NCBI GenBank assembly: GCA_963839205.1
Contig: CAWITU010000001.1
Coordinates: 4,643-68,642, forward strand
Source: an uncultured bacterium
GTDB taxonomy: Bacteria > Patescibacteriota > Minisyncoccia > Phycocordibacterales > CAWITU01
Direction: 5' to 3'
DNA: 64,000 bases
Position 1 is the first letter of the stretch. Each line of letters begins with the position of its first letter. Positions 43,672 through 52,169 of the stretch are shown here, in pieces. The notes beneath the pieces are model-generated. The model did no database searches. It was not told where the DNA came from and was given only the letters and a program-made list of their open reading frames with translations. Made by a program: the position numbers and the translations under genes.

Positions 43672-44325
43672 ATGCAAGACGGTACAACAATACAACCAAA
43701 TACAGAGCCTGAAAAAGTAGTTGAAGCTCCAGCTACTCCTTCAATTAATCCAGCCTCACCCTTCGTCCCTATTCCTCCAGAAAGAAGACAACTTTCAAAG
43801 GAAAAAGGTTTTGCTGGACGCGACCGAAGGAATGATAGAAAGCCAAGACGAGAGCCTCGTGCAAAACCAGAGTTCGACCAAAAGATTATCGACATTCGCC
43901 GTGTGGCGAGAGTGGTTTCTGGAGGACGAAGATTTAGTTTTGCTGTTTCTCTAGTTGCTGGGAATAGAAAGGGAATGGTTGGAGTTGGAATCGGTAAGGC
44001 GGGAGACACATCACTCGCAATTGAAAAAGCCTTCCGAAATGCTAAGAAGAAAATGATTAAAATCAATCTCAAAGAAAACATGGGTATTCCTCATGAGGTT
44101 GAAGCTAAGTATTCAAGTGCTGTGGTTATGATGATGCCAGCAAGAGGAAAGGGGATTGTTGCCGGTTCTTCTGTTAAGGATGTATTAGAACTTGCTGGAG
44201 TCCACGACGTTGTTGCCAAACTTAGATCTGGTAGTAAGAATCGTTTGAATAATGCCAAGGTTGCTGTTAAGGCTCTGTCGCTTCTTAGAAGCAAAGCAAA
44301 ACCTGTAGTTCAGGCTCAAGTTTAA
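43672..44325 (+). CDS. rpsE: 30S ribosomal protein S5 with ~65-aa N-terminal extension
   Basis: The core reads IDIRRVARVVSGGRRFSF..VGVGIGKA... rplO follows after 4 nt, so there is no L30 gene. Confidence 0.94.
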   Translation: MQDGTTIQPNTEPEKVVEAPATPSINPASPFVPIPPERRQLSKEKGFAGRDRRNDRKPRREPRAKPEFDQKIIDIRRVARVVSGGRRFSFAVSLVAGNRKGMVGVGIGKAGDTSLAIEKAFRNAKKKMIKINLKENMGIPHEVEAKYSSAVVMMMPARGKGIVAGSSVKDVLELAGVHDVVAKLRSGSKNRLNNAKVAVKALSLLRSKAKPVVQAQV

Positions 44326-44329
44326 TACC

Positions 44330-44770
44330 ATGCAAACACACACACTAAAAAGAGTTCATAAGAACAAAACTAGCCAGCAAGTCGGACGAGGTGGTACTCG
44401 TGGTAAAACTTCTGGACGTGGTACCAAAGGACAGAATGCTCGATCTGGTCGCAAGAAAAGACCAGAACTTAGAGACATCATCAAGAAACTTCCAAAACTT
44501 AGAGGACGTGGAAAAAACAGTAATGTTGGTATTCAAACAAAACCAATTGCTTTGAACATTGGAGCTATTTCAAAAGCCTTCTCTGCTAATGACACTGTTA
44601 CTACAAAGACTCTTCTCGAACGAGGTCTCATTACTTCTTATAAAGGCCGAGTACCTCAAGTGAAGATTTTGTCGAATGGAGAAGTAGACAAGGTTCTCAT
44701 AATTTCTGGTTGCACAATCTCAAAGGTAGCTTTGGCTAAACTTGAGAAAGCTGGCGGCCAAGTTAAGTAA
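44330..44770 (+). CDS. rplO: 50S ribosomal protein L15
   Basis: VGRGGTRGKTSGRGTKGQNARSG. Confidence 0.95.
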   Translation: MQTHTLKRVHKNKTSQQVGRGGTRGKTSGRGTKGQNARSGRKKRPELRDIIKKLPKLRGRGKNSNVGIQTKPIALNIGAISKAFSANDTVTTKTLLERGLITSYKGRVPQVKILSNGEVDKVLIISGCTISKVALAKLEKAGGQVK

Positions 44771-44771
44771 C

Positions 44772-46043
44772 ATGCAACGTTTTTTCGATAAATGTAAAGC
44801 AATTTTTGAAGACAAATCTCTTCGCAGGAGAATTCTTTTCATGCTCGCAATTCTCGTTGTTTTTAGACTCTTAGCGGCTATTCCAATTCCTAACATTGAT
44901 GCCGAAAAACTTCGTGCTTTTATTTCAAATAACCAATTCATCGGGCTTCTAAACGTTTTCTCTGGCGGCGGTCTCTCAACCCTTTCTCTTGTAATGCTCG
45001 GCGTTGGACCTTTCATTACTGCAACTATCATCATGCAGCTTTTGACTTTGATGTCACCACAGCTTAAGAATTTGTATCAGCATGAAGGTGAAGCAGGGAG
45101 AAAGAAAGTTACACAATATTCAAGACTTCTAACAGTTCCATTGGCTATGGTTCAAGCTTTCGGTTTTATTATTCTTCTGGAGCGACAAAGCATTCTTCCA
45201 GCACTTACATTTTTCCCACTCATAACAGACATTATCGTTATCTGTGGTGGCTCAGTTCTCATGATGTGGCTCGGAGAACTTATTACTGAATTCGGTATTG
45301 GGAACGGTATCTCAGTTATCATCTTTGCTGGTATCGTGGCCAGACTCCCACAAAGCATTTCACAAACCCTCTTCACTTTTGATACTTCCCAAATTCCAAT
45401 TTATCTAGGCTTCTTAGTTGCCGCCGCTTTAATCGTTTACGCTGTTGTTCTTGTCACTGAAGCTGAACGTCCTGTTTCCATAACCTATGCTAAGCAGGTG
45501 AGAGGAAATAGAATTTACGGAGGCGTTTCAACCTATCTTCCACTTAGATTAAACCAAGCTGGGGTTATTCCAATCATTTTTGCTCTCTCTATTCTTCTTT
45601 TCCCTCAACTTATCTTTAGTTTCTTGGAAAATGTTAGAAATGGTGTGGTAAGTAATGTTTCTAGATACATTGTTAATTTGATGGCCAATCAGCTATTTTA
45701 TGGAGCTTGTTATTTCATTTTGGTTTTCTTGTTTACCTACTTCTATACAGCCGTTACTTTCGATCCTGAATCCATTTCAGAAAATCTTCAGAAAAATGGT
45801 GCGTTTATTCCAGGGGTTCGTCCAGGACAATCTACAGCGCTTCATTTGAGTAAAATTCTTCTTAGAATTACTTTTGTTGGAGCATTGTTTCTCGGTGTCA
45901 TCGCTGTCATTCCGCTTATCTTACGCGCAGTAACCGGTATCACTTCACTGGCTATTGGCGGTACAGCACTTCTAATCGTCGTCTCTGTTGCACTTGATCT
46001 CATCAAACGTATTGATGCCCAGCTATCTGCTCGAGAATATTAG
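44772..46043 (+). CDS. secY: preprotein translocase subunit SecY
   Basis: Ten-TM protein with ..LGVGPFITATIIMQLL.., GISVIIFAGI. I place the start at MQRFF (44772). Confidence 0.95.
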   Translation: MQRFFDKCKAIFEDKSLRRRILFMLAILVVFRLLAAIPIPNIDAEKLRAFISNNQFIGLLNVFSGGGLSTLSLVMLGVGPFITATIIMQLLTLMSPQLKNLYQHEGEAGRKKVTQYSRLLTVPLAMVQAFGFIILLERQSILPALTFFPLITDIIVICGGSVLMMWLGELITEFGIGNGISVIIFAGIVARLPQSISQTLFTFDTSQIPIYLGFLVAAALIVYAVVLVTEAERPVSITYAKQVRGNRIYGGVSTYLPLRLNQAGVIPIIFALSILLFPQLIFSFLENVRNGVVSNVSRYIVNLMANQLFYGACYFILVFLFTYFYTAVTFDPESISENLQKNGAFIPGVRPGQSTALHLSKILLRITFVGALFLGVIAVIPLILRAVTGITSLAIGGTALLIVVSVALDLIKRIDAQLSAREY

Positions 46044-46047
46044 AAAT

Positions 46048-46653
46048 ATGAAAGAACAACCTTTAAGTTTTATTTTTATTGGTCCTTCTGGATCGGGTAA
46101 GGGGACTCAGGTAGGACTACTCAGAACATATCTAGAGAAAAAGGATACTTACCCAACTTTATATGTTGAGACGGGGGCACAATTTCGAGAGTTTATAAAA
46201 GGAGACTCCTTTTCAAGTAAGCTTTCAAACGAAGTATATAAAACCGGAGCTCGCCAGCCGGACTTTCTTGCTGTCTGGATCTGGGCAAGTTTTATTGTTG
46301 ATAAAATCAAAAATGATGACCACATTATTTTTGATGGGACTCCAAGATCTATGCCGGAGGCCATAATACTTGATACGGCGGTCCGTTTTTACAATATCAA
46401 ACCTTTTGTCGTCTATCTTAAATTATCCCGTCAGAGTTCGGAAAAGCGCCTATTAGCTAGGGGCAGGATGGACGATAGAACTGAAGCGGAAATCATTAAA
46501 AGACTAGATTGGTTTCAGACAGATGTCATGCCGGCTGTGGAACATTTCAGGACAAGTGACCTGTATCACTTTGTCGAATTAGATGGAGAAAAGACCATTG
46601 AAGAGATTCATAAAGACCTGGTTTCTCGAATTGAATCGGAGTATTCTAAATAG
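46048..46653 (+). CDS. adk: adenylate kinase
   Basis: FIGPSGSGKGTQ P-loop, DGTPRS, and position after secY. Confidence 0.9.
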   Translation: MKEQPLSFIFIGPSGSGKGTQVGLLRTYLEKKDTYPTLYVETGAQFREFIKGDSFSSKLSNEVYKTGARQPDFLAVWIWASFIVDKIKNDDHIIFDGTPRSMPEAIILDTAVRFYNIKPFVVYLKLSRQSSEKRLLARGRMDDRTEAEIIKRLDWFQTDVMPAVEHFRTSDLYHFVELDGEKTIEEIHKDLVSRIESEYSK

Positions 46654-47421
46654 ATGATTAGTATTAAAACTAAAGAAGAAATAGCGACTCTAAAAGAAGG
46701 CGGGGCAATTCTCGCTGATATTCTGGATGTTTTAAAAAATGAAGTTAGAGTTGGTGTTCCGTCCCTTCAGATAGAGGACTCAGTCAGAAAGATTTGTGGT
46801 GAAAAAAAAGTAATACCTTCCTTTTTGAATTATGCCTCAGTTGGTGAAAAACCATATCCTGCCGCTATTTGTATTTCGATCAACGATGAAATTGTTCATG
46901 GCTTTGCCAAGAAAGATAAAATTTTTAAAGAAGGAGATGTCGTTAAGCTAGACATGGGAATTATTTATAAAAAAATGTTTCTTGATAGTGCTATAACTTT
47001 CGGGGTAGGGAAAATCGACGATAAGGCTGAAAATCTTATAAGGGTTACTGAAGAAGTAATGTACAAAGCAATTGATGCTGTTAAGCCCGGAGTAAGAACG
47101 GGAGATATTGGTCAGGTTATCGAAGATTATGTTAAGCCAAAAGGGTTTTCCTTGTTAGTGGAACTAGGTGGACATGGCGTTGGATATGCCGTACACGAAG
47201 AACCATTTATTCCAAACTTCGGCAAAGCCGGTGAAGGTCCAATTCTAAAAGAAGGTATGGTTATCTGTATTGAGCCTATGGTAAATGAAGGTAGGGCAGA
47301 TATTTTTGTTGATAAGAAGGACGGTCTAACTTTCAAAACAAAAGACGGCAAAAGAGCCGCTCACTTTGAACATACTATTGCTGTGACTGATTCTGGGTCT
47401 GAGATATTGACGAGGCGCTAG
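46654..47421 (+). CDS. map: type I methionine aminopeptidase
   Basis: ..VVKLDMG.., GHGVGYAVHEEP, ICIEPM, HFEHT. Confidence 0.95.
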   Translation: MISIKTKEEIATLKEGGAILADILDVLKNEVRVGVPSLQIEDSVRKICGEKKVIPSFLNYASVGEKPYPAAICISINDEIVHGFAKKDKIFKEGDVVKLDMGIIYKKMFLDSAITFGVGKIDDKAENLIRVTEEVMYKAIDAVKPGVRTGDIGQVIEDYVKPKGFSLLVELGGHGVGYAVHEEPFIPNFGKAGEGPILKEGMVICIEPMVNEGRADIFVDKKDGLTFKTKDGKRAAHFEHTIAVTDSGSEILTRR

Positions 47422-48016
47422 TTTTAGATGTCTCAGAGACGCTGACTACTCTTTCAATACTCATTCGGTGAATTAGTTCATTTCTGATTTCACTTGCTAG
47501 AGTGCTATCGATGATTGGTAGGGCACCTTCTGATGAGTCATTACTGTCGTCTGATCCAGAATCCTCATGTCCAGCAGTTAGAATAGCAATTCTTGAAACA
47601 CCATACATTCTGTCAGTTAAGGTTTGTTCAATGTTAACATCTTGAATATGGTGATACGGGATTGAAACCTCCTTTGTGCTCAAGAATCCTTGTTTGATTG
47701 AGATAGCGTCATCACCGAGCATGAATTGATACGGGTAGTATTTTGCTCCGGCGGCAAGGAGAGCAATTATAAAAGCGATTATCCAAAGGAAAAAAAGTAC
47801 AACTGTTACTATAATTAATCCATCCTGAGTCGTTTTCAATACCTGTGCATTTTGGGCGAGAAAAGTAATTGAATTTAAAGTATTGTTTAAAACTAATCCA
47901 ACAGCAACAGCCCAGATTAAAAATATAATAATTCCAAAGGTACTATTTCGAATTGCCAAAACCCAAAATGTTTTTGTACCGAGCCTCTGATATTGGTTGA
48001 GTATTAACATATGCAT
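47375..48016 (-). CDS. membrane protein with bacterial PH (YdbS/YdbT-like) domain
   Basis: N-terminal TM hairpin followed by ..FMLGDDAISIKQGFLSTKEVSIPYHHIQDVNIEQTLTDRMYGVSRIAI.. Confidence 0.6.
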   Translation of the reverse strand: MHMLILNQYQRLGTKTFWVLAIRNSTFGIIIFLIWAVAVGLVLNNTLNSITFLAQNAQVLKTTQDGLIIVTVVLFFLWIIAFIIALLAAGAKYYPYQFMLGDDAISIKQGFLSTKEVSIPYHHIQDVNIEQTLTDRMYGVSRIAILTAGHEDSGSDDSNDSSEGALPIIDSTLASEIRNELIHRMSIERVVSVSETSKTSASSISQTQNQSQQ

Positions 48017-48059
48017 ATTATACCACGTGTAATCTTAAATTTAAGGTATAATTGATCTA

Positions 48060-50837
48060 ATGGAAGCGGTCCCATCACAATTTAATTCTCCTGAACAAGA
48101 GCTGGCGTACCTACGCGAGCAGGTGGCAAGTAAGGAACTTGAACTTAAGAAGAATAAAGAAGAGGCTTATCGACCGAATGTTGTTAATGAAACGATTCAG
48201 GAATACAAGAAACAGATTCCGGAAGAAGTTTTGAGCAAAGATCTCCGTTTGAGTCACATGCATAAGGAAGCAATAGTCTTAGATCTAAAACCTGAACCAC
48301 ATGATAGACAGATTGAAGAGCTAATCGGTCTGCTTCAAGAAAAAGGGGTTTTAAATACAATTGCTATTATCGAAAGAATGAACAATCCTCATCTAGAGGA
48401 CGATTTTCATCGTTTCTTGGTTCAATACATTAAACAAGGCTTACCAGCCCCAGGTCTTAAAGAGGGAGGTACTGAAGCAAAAGCTCTTGCTTATACACTT
48501 TACGAAGTTTCTTTGCCTGATATTAAAAAAGAGGAAGAAGAAAAGGAATTAAAACTTTTGGTTTCTTCAATGGAACAATTTTATTCTGGAATGCTTTCTG
48601 TAGAAATTGATTCAAAGAGAAGAAGTTACATGTCGATTGAACTTGCTGTTTCTGCTCATGATGAGGAGACGGTTTTTTATGCAGCGGTGCCAGATGATAA
48701 GAAGAATCTTTTTGAGAAACAAGTCTTGTCCATTTTTCCTCACGCCAAACTGATTGAGAAGAAAGATGATTACAATATTTTCAACGAAGATGGCGTTTCG
48801 GTCGGGTCATACCTGACCCAATCCCGAAACGCCATCTATCCAATCAAGACCTACGACCAATTTGATTATGATCCTTTGAATGTTGTTCTAAATACTTTTT
48901 CTAAACTCGATAGAGAGCACGAGGGGGCCTCAATTCAGCTTATATTCAGCCCTGCCGGCGATTATTATGTTAGCCGATACAAACACGCACTTAAGGAAAT
49001 TACGAGTGGCGTGAAGCTAAAAAAAGCTATAGATATTCGCCATACTGTCTTCGGGGAGTTTATGAAGACGGGTAAAGAAATCATGTCAGAAACTGTTAAA
49101 GATATGTTTAAACCTTCCGGTAAGAAAGGTGAAGTTGAAAAAGAAAAACAACAGCCGATTGACGAATCAGCGGTTGAAAACATCAAGAAAAAAGTTGAGA
49201 GTCCAATTGTTGATGCCAATATTAGAATTGTGGTATCAGCCCAAAATCAAATTAGGGCCAATCAAGTTCTTTCCGATCTTGAATCAGCTTTCAATCAATT
49301 TGATAACCCACTTGGTAACGCTATTAAATTTGAAAGACAAACAAAAGGAAATCTTTCCAAATTATTTAAAGATTATTCGTATAGACTATTTTCAGATGAA
49401 CATAAATTGCCACTAAGTATTAAGGAGGTGACAACGATGATTCATTTTCCTGGAGAAGCGATTAAATCATCACCCAATCTTAAGAGATCTAAAGCTGGTA
49501 CCTCGGCGGCGCCACTCAATCTTTCTCATGATGGAATTTTGCTTGGTTACAATAAAGACCGAAATATTGAGACTAAGATTTTCATGGGCAAGGAAGACCG
49601 TTTGCGCCATTTTTATACAATCGGTCAAACTGGAACTGGTAAGACAAACTTCCTGAAAAATATGATTATTCAGGACATTCAAAATGGGGACGGTGTTTGT
49701 ATGATTGACCCACACGGCTCTGATATTCAAGATGTTTTGGCTAACATTCCAAAAGAACGTTACGAAGATGTTATTTATTTTGACCCAAGCTACACCGGAC
49801 GTCCGATGGCGCTTAACATGCTTGAGTATGATCCAGCTTTTCCAGAGCAAAAGACCTTCGTTGTTAACGAATTATTTAATATTTTCCAAAAATTGTACGG
49901 TGGAAACCCTGAATCAATGGGTCCAATGTTTGAACAGTATTTTAGAAATTCCACCATGCTTGTTATTGAGGACCCAGAAACAGGGAATACTCTGCTTGAT
50001 GTCTCACGTGTAATGTCTAACAAATCTTTTAGAGATTTGAAACTTTCAAGATGTAAAAATCCAATTGTTGTTCAGTTCTGGAAAGAGATTGCTGAGAAGG
50101 CTGGGGGAGAAAGTTCACTTGCCAACATTGTTCCATATATCACTAGCAAATTTGATATATTCTTGGCTAACGACATCATGCGTCCGATTGTCGCTCAAGA
50201 ACATTCGTCCTTTAATTTCCGAGACATTATGGATAATAAGAAAATTCTTTTGGTCAATTTGGCCAAAGGTAGGCTTGGCGATATTAACGCCAATCTTCTC
50301 GGTCTAATTTTGGTTGGTAAAATTCTAATGGCAGCTCTTTCAAGAGTTGACTCATTCGGTAAAGATTTACCGCCTTTCTATTTGTACATCGATGAATTCC
50401 AAAATATTACGACTAATTCGATTTCCACGATTCTGTCTGAGGCTCGAAAGTATAAATTAAGTTTGACCATTGCCCACCAATTCATTGCCCAGCTTGAAGA
50501 CGATATTAGAGATTCAGTTTTTGGAAACGTCGGTTCAATTGCTTCATTCCGCGTCGGCGCCGAAGACGCGGAATATTTAGAGAAACAATTTGATCCAGTT
50601 TTTACTCGTTCAGATATTATGAATTTGGATAATTACAACGCTTACATAAAAATGCTCTCTGGCGGTGCTCCGGTTCGTCCATTCAACATTGTCACTCTCG
50701 TAGCTCCAAGAGGTAATCCAGACATCATTGCTAATCTAAAAGAACTTTCTTATCTAAAGTTTGGTAAAGACAAGGACGAAGTCCAAGAAACTATTATGGA
50801 GAAGTACAAAAAAGCCCCAGTTTCTGATAGAATCTAG
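48060..50837 (+). CDS. large P-loop ATPase of the VirD4/TraD/HerA-FtsK-like type (coupling-protein-like) with ~480-aa unknown N-terminal half
   Basis: Walker A GQTGTGKTNF, Walker B-like FYLYIDEFQN, later TIAHQF. Confidence 0.65.
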   Translation: MEAVPSQFNSPEQELAYLREQVASKELELKKNKEEAYRPNVVNETIQEYKKQIPEEVLSKDLRLSHMHKEAIVLDLKPEPHDRQIEELIGLLQEKGVLNTIAIIERMNNPHLEDDFHRFLVQYIKQGLPAPGLKEGGTEAKALAYTLYEVSLPDIKKEEEEKELKLLVSSMEQFYSGMLSVEIDSKRRSYMSIELAVSAHDEETVFYAAVPDDKKNLFEKQVLSIFPHAKLIEKKDDYNIFNEDGVSVGSYLTQSRNAIYPIKTYDQFDYDPLNVVLNTFSKLDREHEGASIQLIFSPAGDYYVSRYKHALKEITSGVKLKKAIDIRHTVFGEFMKTGKEIMSETVKDMFKPSGKKGEVEKEKQQPIDESAVENIKKKVESPIVDANIRIVVSAQNQIRANQVLSDLESAFNQFDNPLGNAIKFERQTKGNLSKLFKDYSYRLFSDEHKLPLSIKEVTTMIHFPGEAIKSSPNLKRSKAGTSAAPLNLSHDGILLGYNKDRNIETKIFMGKEDRLRHFYTIGQTGTGKTNFLKNMIIQDIQNGDGVCMIDPHGSDIQDVLANIPKERYEDVIYFDPSYTGRPMALNMLEYDPAFPEQKTFVVNELFNIFQKLYGGNPESMGPMFEQYFRNSTMLVIEDPETGNTLLDVSRVMSNKSFRDLKLSRCKNPIVVQFWKEIAEKAGGESSLANIVPYITSKFDIFLANDIMRPIVAQEHSSFNFRDIMDNKKILLVNLAKGRLGDINANLLGLILVGKILMAALSRVDSFGKDLPPFYLYIDEFQNITTNSISTILSEARKYKLSLTIAHQFIAQLEDDIRDSVFGNVGSIASFRVGAEDAEYLEKQFDPVFTRSDIMNLDNYNAYIKMLSGGAPVRPFNIVTLVAPRGNPDIIANLKELSYLKFGKDKDEVQETIMEKYKKAPVSDRI
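48789..48836. repeat. 48-nt nested GC-rich palindrome inside the ATPase gene
   Basis: GATGGCGTTTCGG (13 bp, perfect) .. GGGTCA-TACC-TGACCC .. CCGAAACGCCATC. Confidence 0.95.
50546..50574. repeat. perfect 10-bp-stem palindrome inside the ATPase gene
   Basis: ATTCCGCGTC-GGCGCCGAA-GACGCGGAAT. Confidence 0.85.
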
Positions 50838-50870
50838 AGACTTTTTATTATTAATATCTAAATATAGAAA

Positions 50871-51482
50871 ATGGCAGAACAAAAACATCAGGATGAAAGA
50901 ACGTTGATTATTATCAAGCCAGACGGCGTTCAGAGAAGTTTGATTGGAGAGATAATTCAGCGATATGAAAGAGTTGGTCTAAAACTTCTCGGAGTTAAGA
51001 TGGTGGTGCCGACAGTTGATCATATTGAGAAACATTACACCCTTGATCCAAATTGGCGGAGAGTAACAGGTGAAAAAACAATCAAAGGGTATCAGGATAA
51101 GGGGATGACGCCTCCATCAATGGACCCATTAGAGATCACGGGCCGAATTTTGGAAGGTCTTAAGAAATATATTTCGAGTGGTCCTGTCATTGCTATGGTT
51201 TGGCAGGGAGCTCATGCTGTAAAGATTGTTAGAAAGATTACTGGAGGTACTGAACCCCTCACGTCTGACGTTGGATCTATTCGAGGAGACTTCGTTTTGG
51301 ACTCATACCAACTTTCTGACACCGATGGAAGAGCAGTTAGAAACTTAGTGCACGCATCTGGTTCACCGGACGAAGCAAATATGGAAATCAATCACTGGTT
51401 TAAAGCAGATGAGCTAATTGATTACAGATTAATTCAAGACCAGATTCTCTATGACGTCAATTTGGATGGAATTCTTGAATAA
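50871..51482 (+). CDS. ndk: nucleoside-diphosphate kinase (long form with internal insertion)
   Basis: ERTLIIIKPDGVQR.., ..NLVHASGS.. active-site region. It is 203 aa versus the usual ~140. Confidence 0.8.
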   Translation: MAEQKHQDERTLIIIKPDGVQRSLIGEIIQRYERVGLKLLGVKMVVPTVDHIEKHYTLDPNWRRVTGEKTIKGYQDKGMTPPSMDPLEITGRILEGLKKYISSGPVIAMVWQGAHAVKIVRKITGGTEPLTSDVGSIRGDFVLDSYQLSDTDGRAVRNLVHASGSPDEANMEINHWFKADELIDYRLIQDQILYDVNLDGILE

Positions 51483-51559
51483 ATTTTTCCTGAAGAAGTA
51501 ATGAAGTTTCGTTAAAAGGTCAAGACTTGCTTTTCTAATGGGAGGTATATAATTGGCAA

Positions 51560-51732
51560 AGGTTACTCGGGATATAATCTAGATTAATTTTATAGTCAGG
51601 GATCTCAAGTCATTCTAGACCTTGGTCCAGATTGCAGAGAACCCACCTAGCCTAAAGCTGGGTCTATATCTTCGAGTAATCGAATCAGTGCGCCCCCGCG
51701 AAGCTCCGAAGGAGCGAAGTGGGGGCGCTTTG
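51560..51732 (+). ncRNA. candidate structured small RNA (~170 nt)
   Basis: A TATAAT at 51548-51553 precedes it. A 16/17-bp closing helix GGTTACTCGGGATATA (51561-51576) / TATATCTTCGAGTAATC (51665-51681) includes G-U pairs. A terminal stem-loop GCGCCCCC..GCTCC-GAA-GGAGC..GGGGGCGC lies at 51690-51728. No ORF is present. Confidence 0.35.
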
Positions 51733-51745
51733 ATATAATAACCAT

Positions 51746-52162
51746 ATGAAAAGCGCACCTTTATTTAAATTACTCTTCAGTCTCTTGGTGGTTATTGCCT
51801 CTTTACATATTTTGTCTAGTTTCTTGTATTTATATTGGTCAATTCAATGGATTCATTTAATTATTCATTTCTTAAGCGGAATATTAGTTAGTCTTTCGGC
51901 TTTGTGTTTAATTTATGTTTCTGAATATGATTTTTTAAGAAAGAGGATTTCTGAAGCGCCGATAGCGACGTTCTTTGTCGCTATCGGCGCTTCACTTGTT
52001 GCAGGTATTCTCTGGGAGGTCTTTGAGCTAACTTTTGGTATAACTTTTCTTTCTGATCAGAACTACTTATCCCAAAATGGCTCCGAAGTAATTGCTGCTC
52101 TGTCTGGGGGACTCATTGGTTGGGCTTATTTTTCTTACAAACACCTCAATCATCGTGTATAA
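51746..52162 (+). CDS. hypothetical integral membrane protein (leaderless start)
   Basis: TGaTATAAT (51731-51739) lies 6 nt before the ATG. The protein has four hydrophobic segments. Confidence 0.6.
   Translation: MKSAPLFKLLFSLLVVIASLHILSSFLYLYWSIQWIHLIIHFLSGILVSLSALCLIYVSEYDFLRKRISEAPIATFFVAIGASLVAGILWEVFELTFGITFLSDQNYLSQNGSEVIAALSGGLIGWAYFSYKHLNHRV
51953..51993. repeat. perfect 17-bp-stem GC-rich palindrome inside the membrane-protein gene
   Basis: GAAGCGCCGATAGCGAC-GTTCTTT-GTCGCTATCGGCGCTTC. It encodes EAPIATFFVAIGAS. Confidence 0.95.
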
Positions 52163-52169
52163 TTAATCG

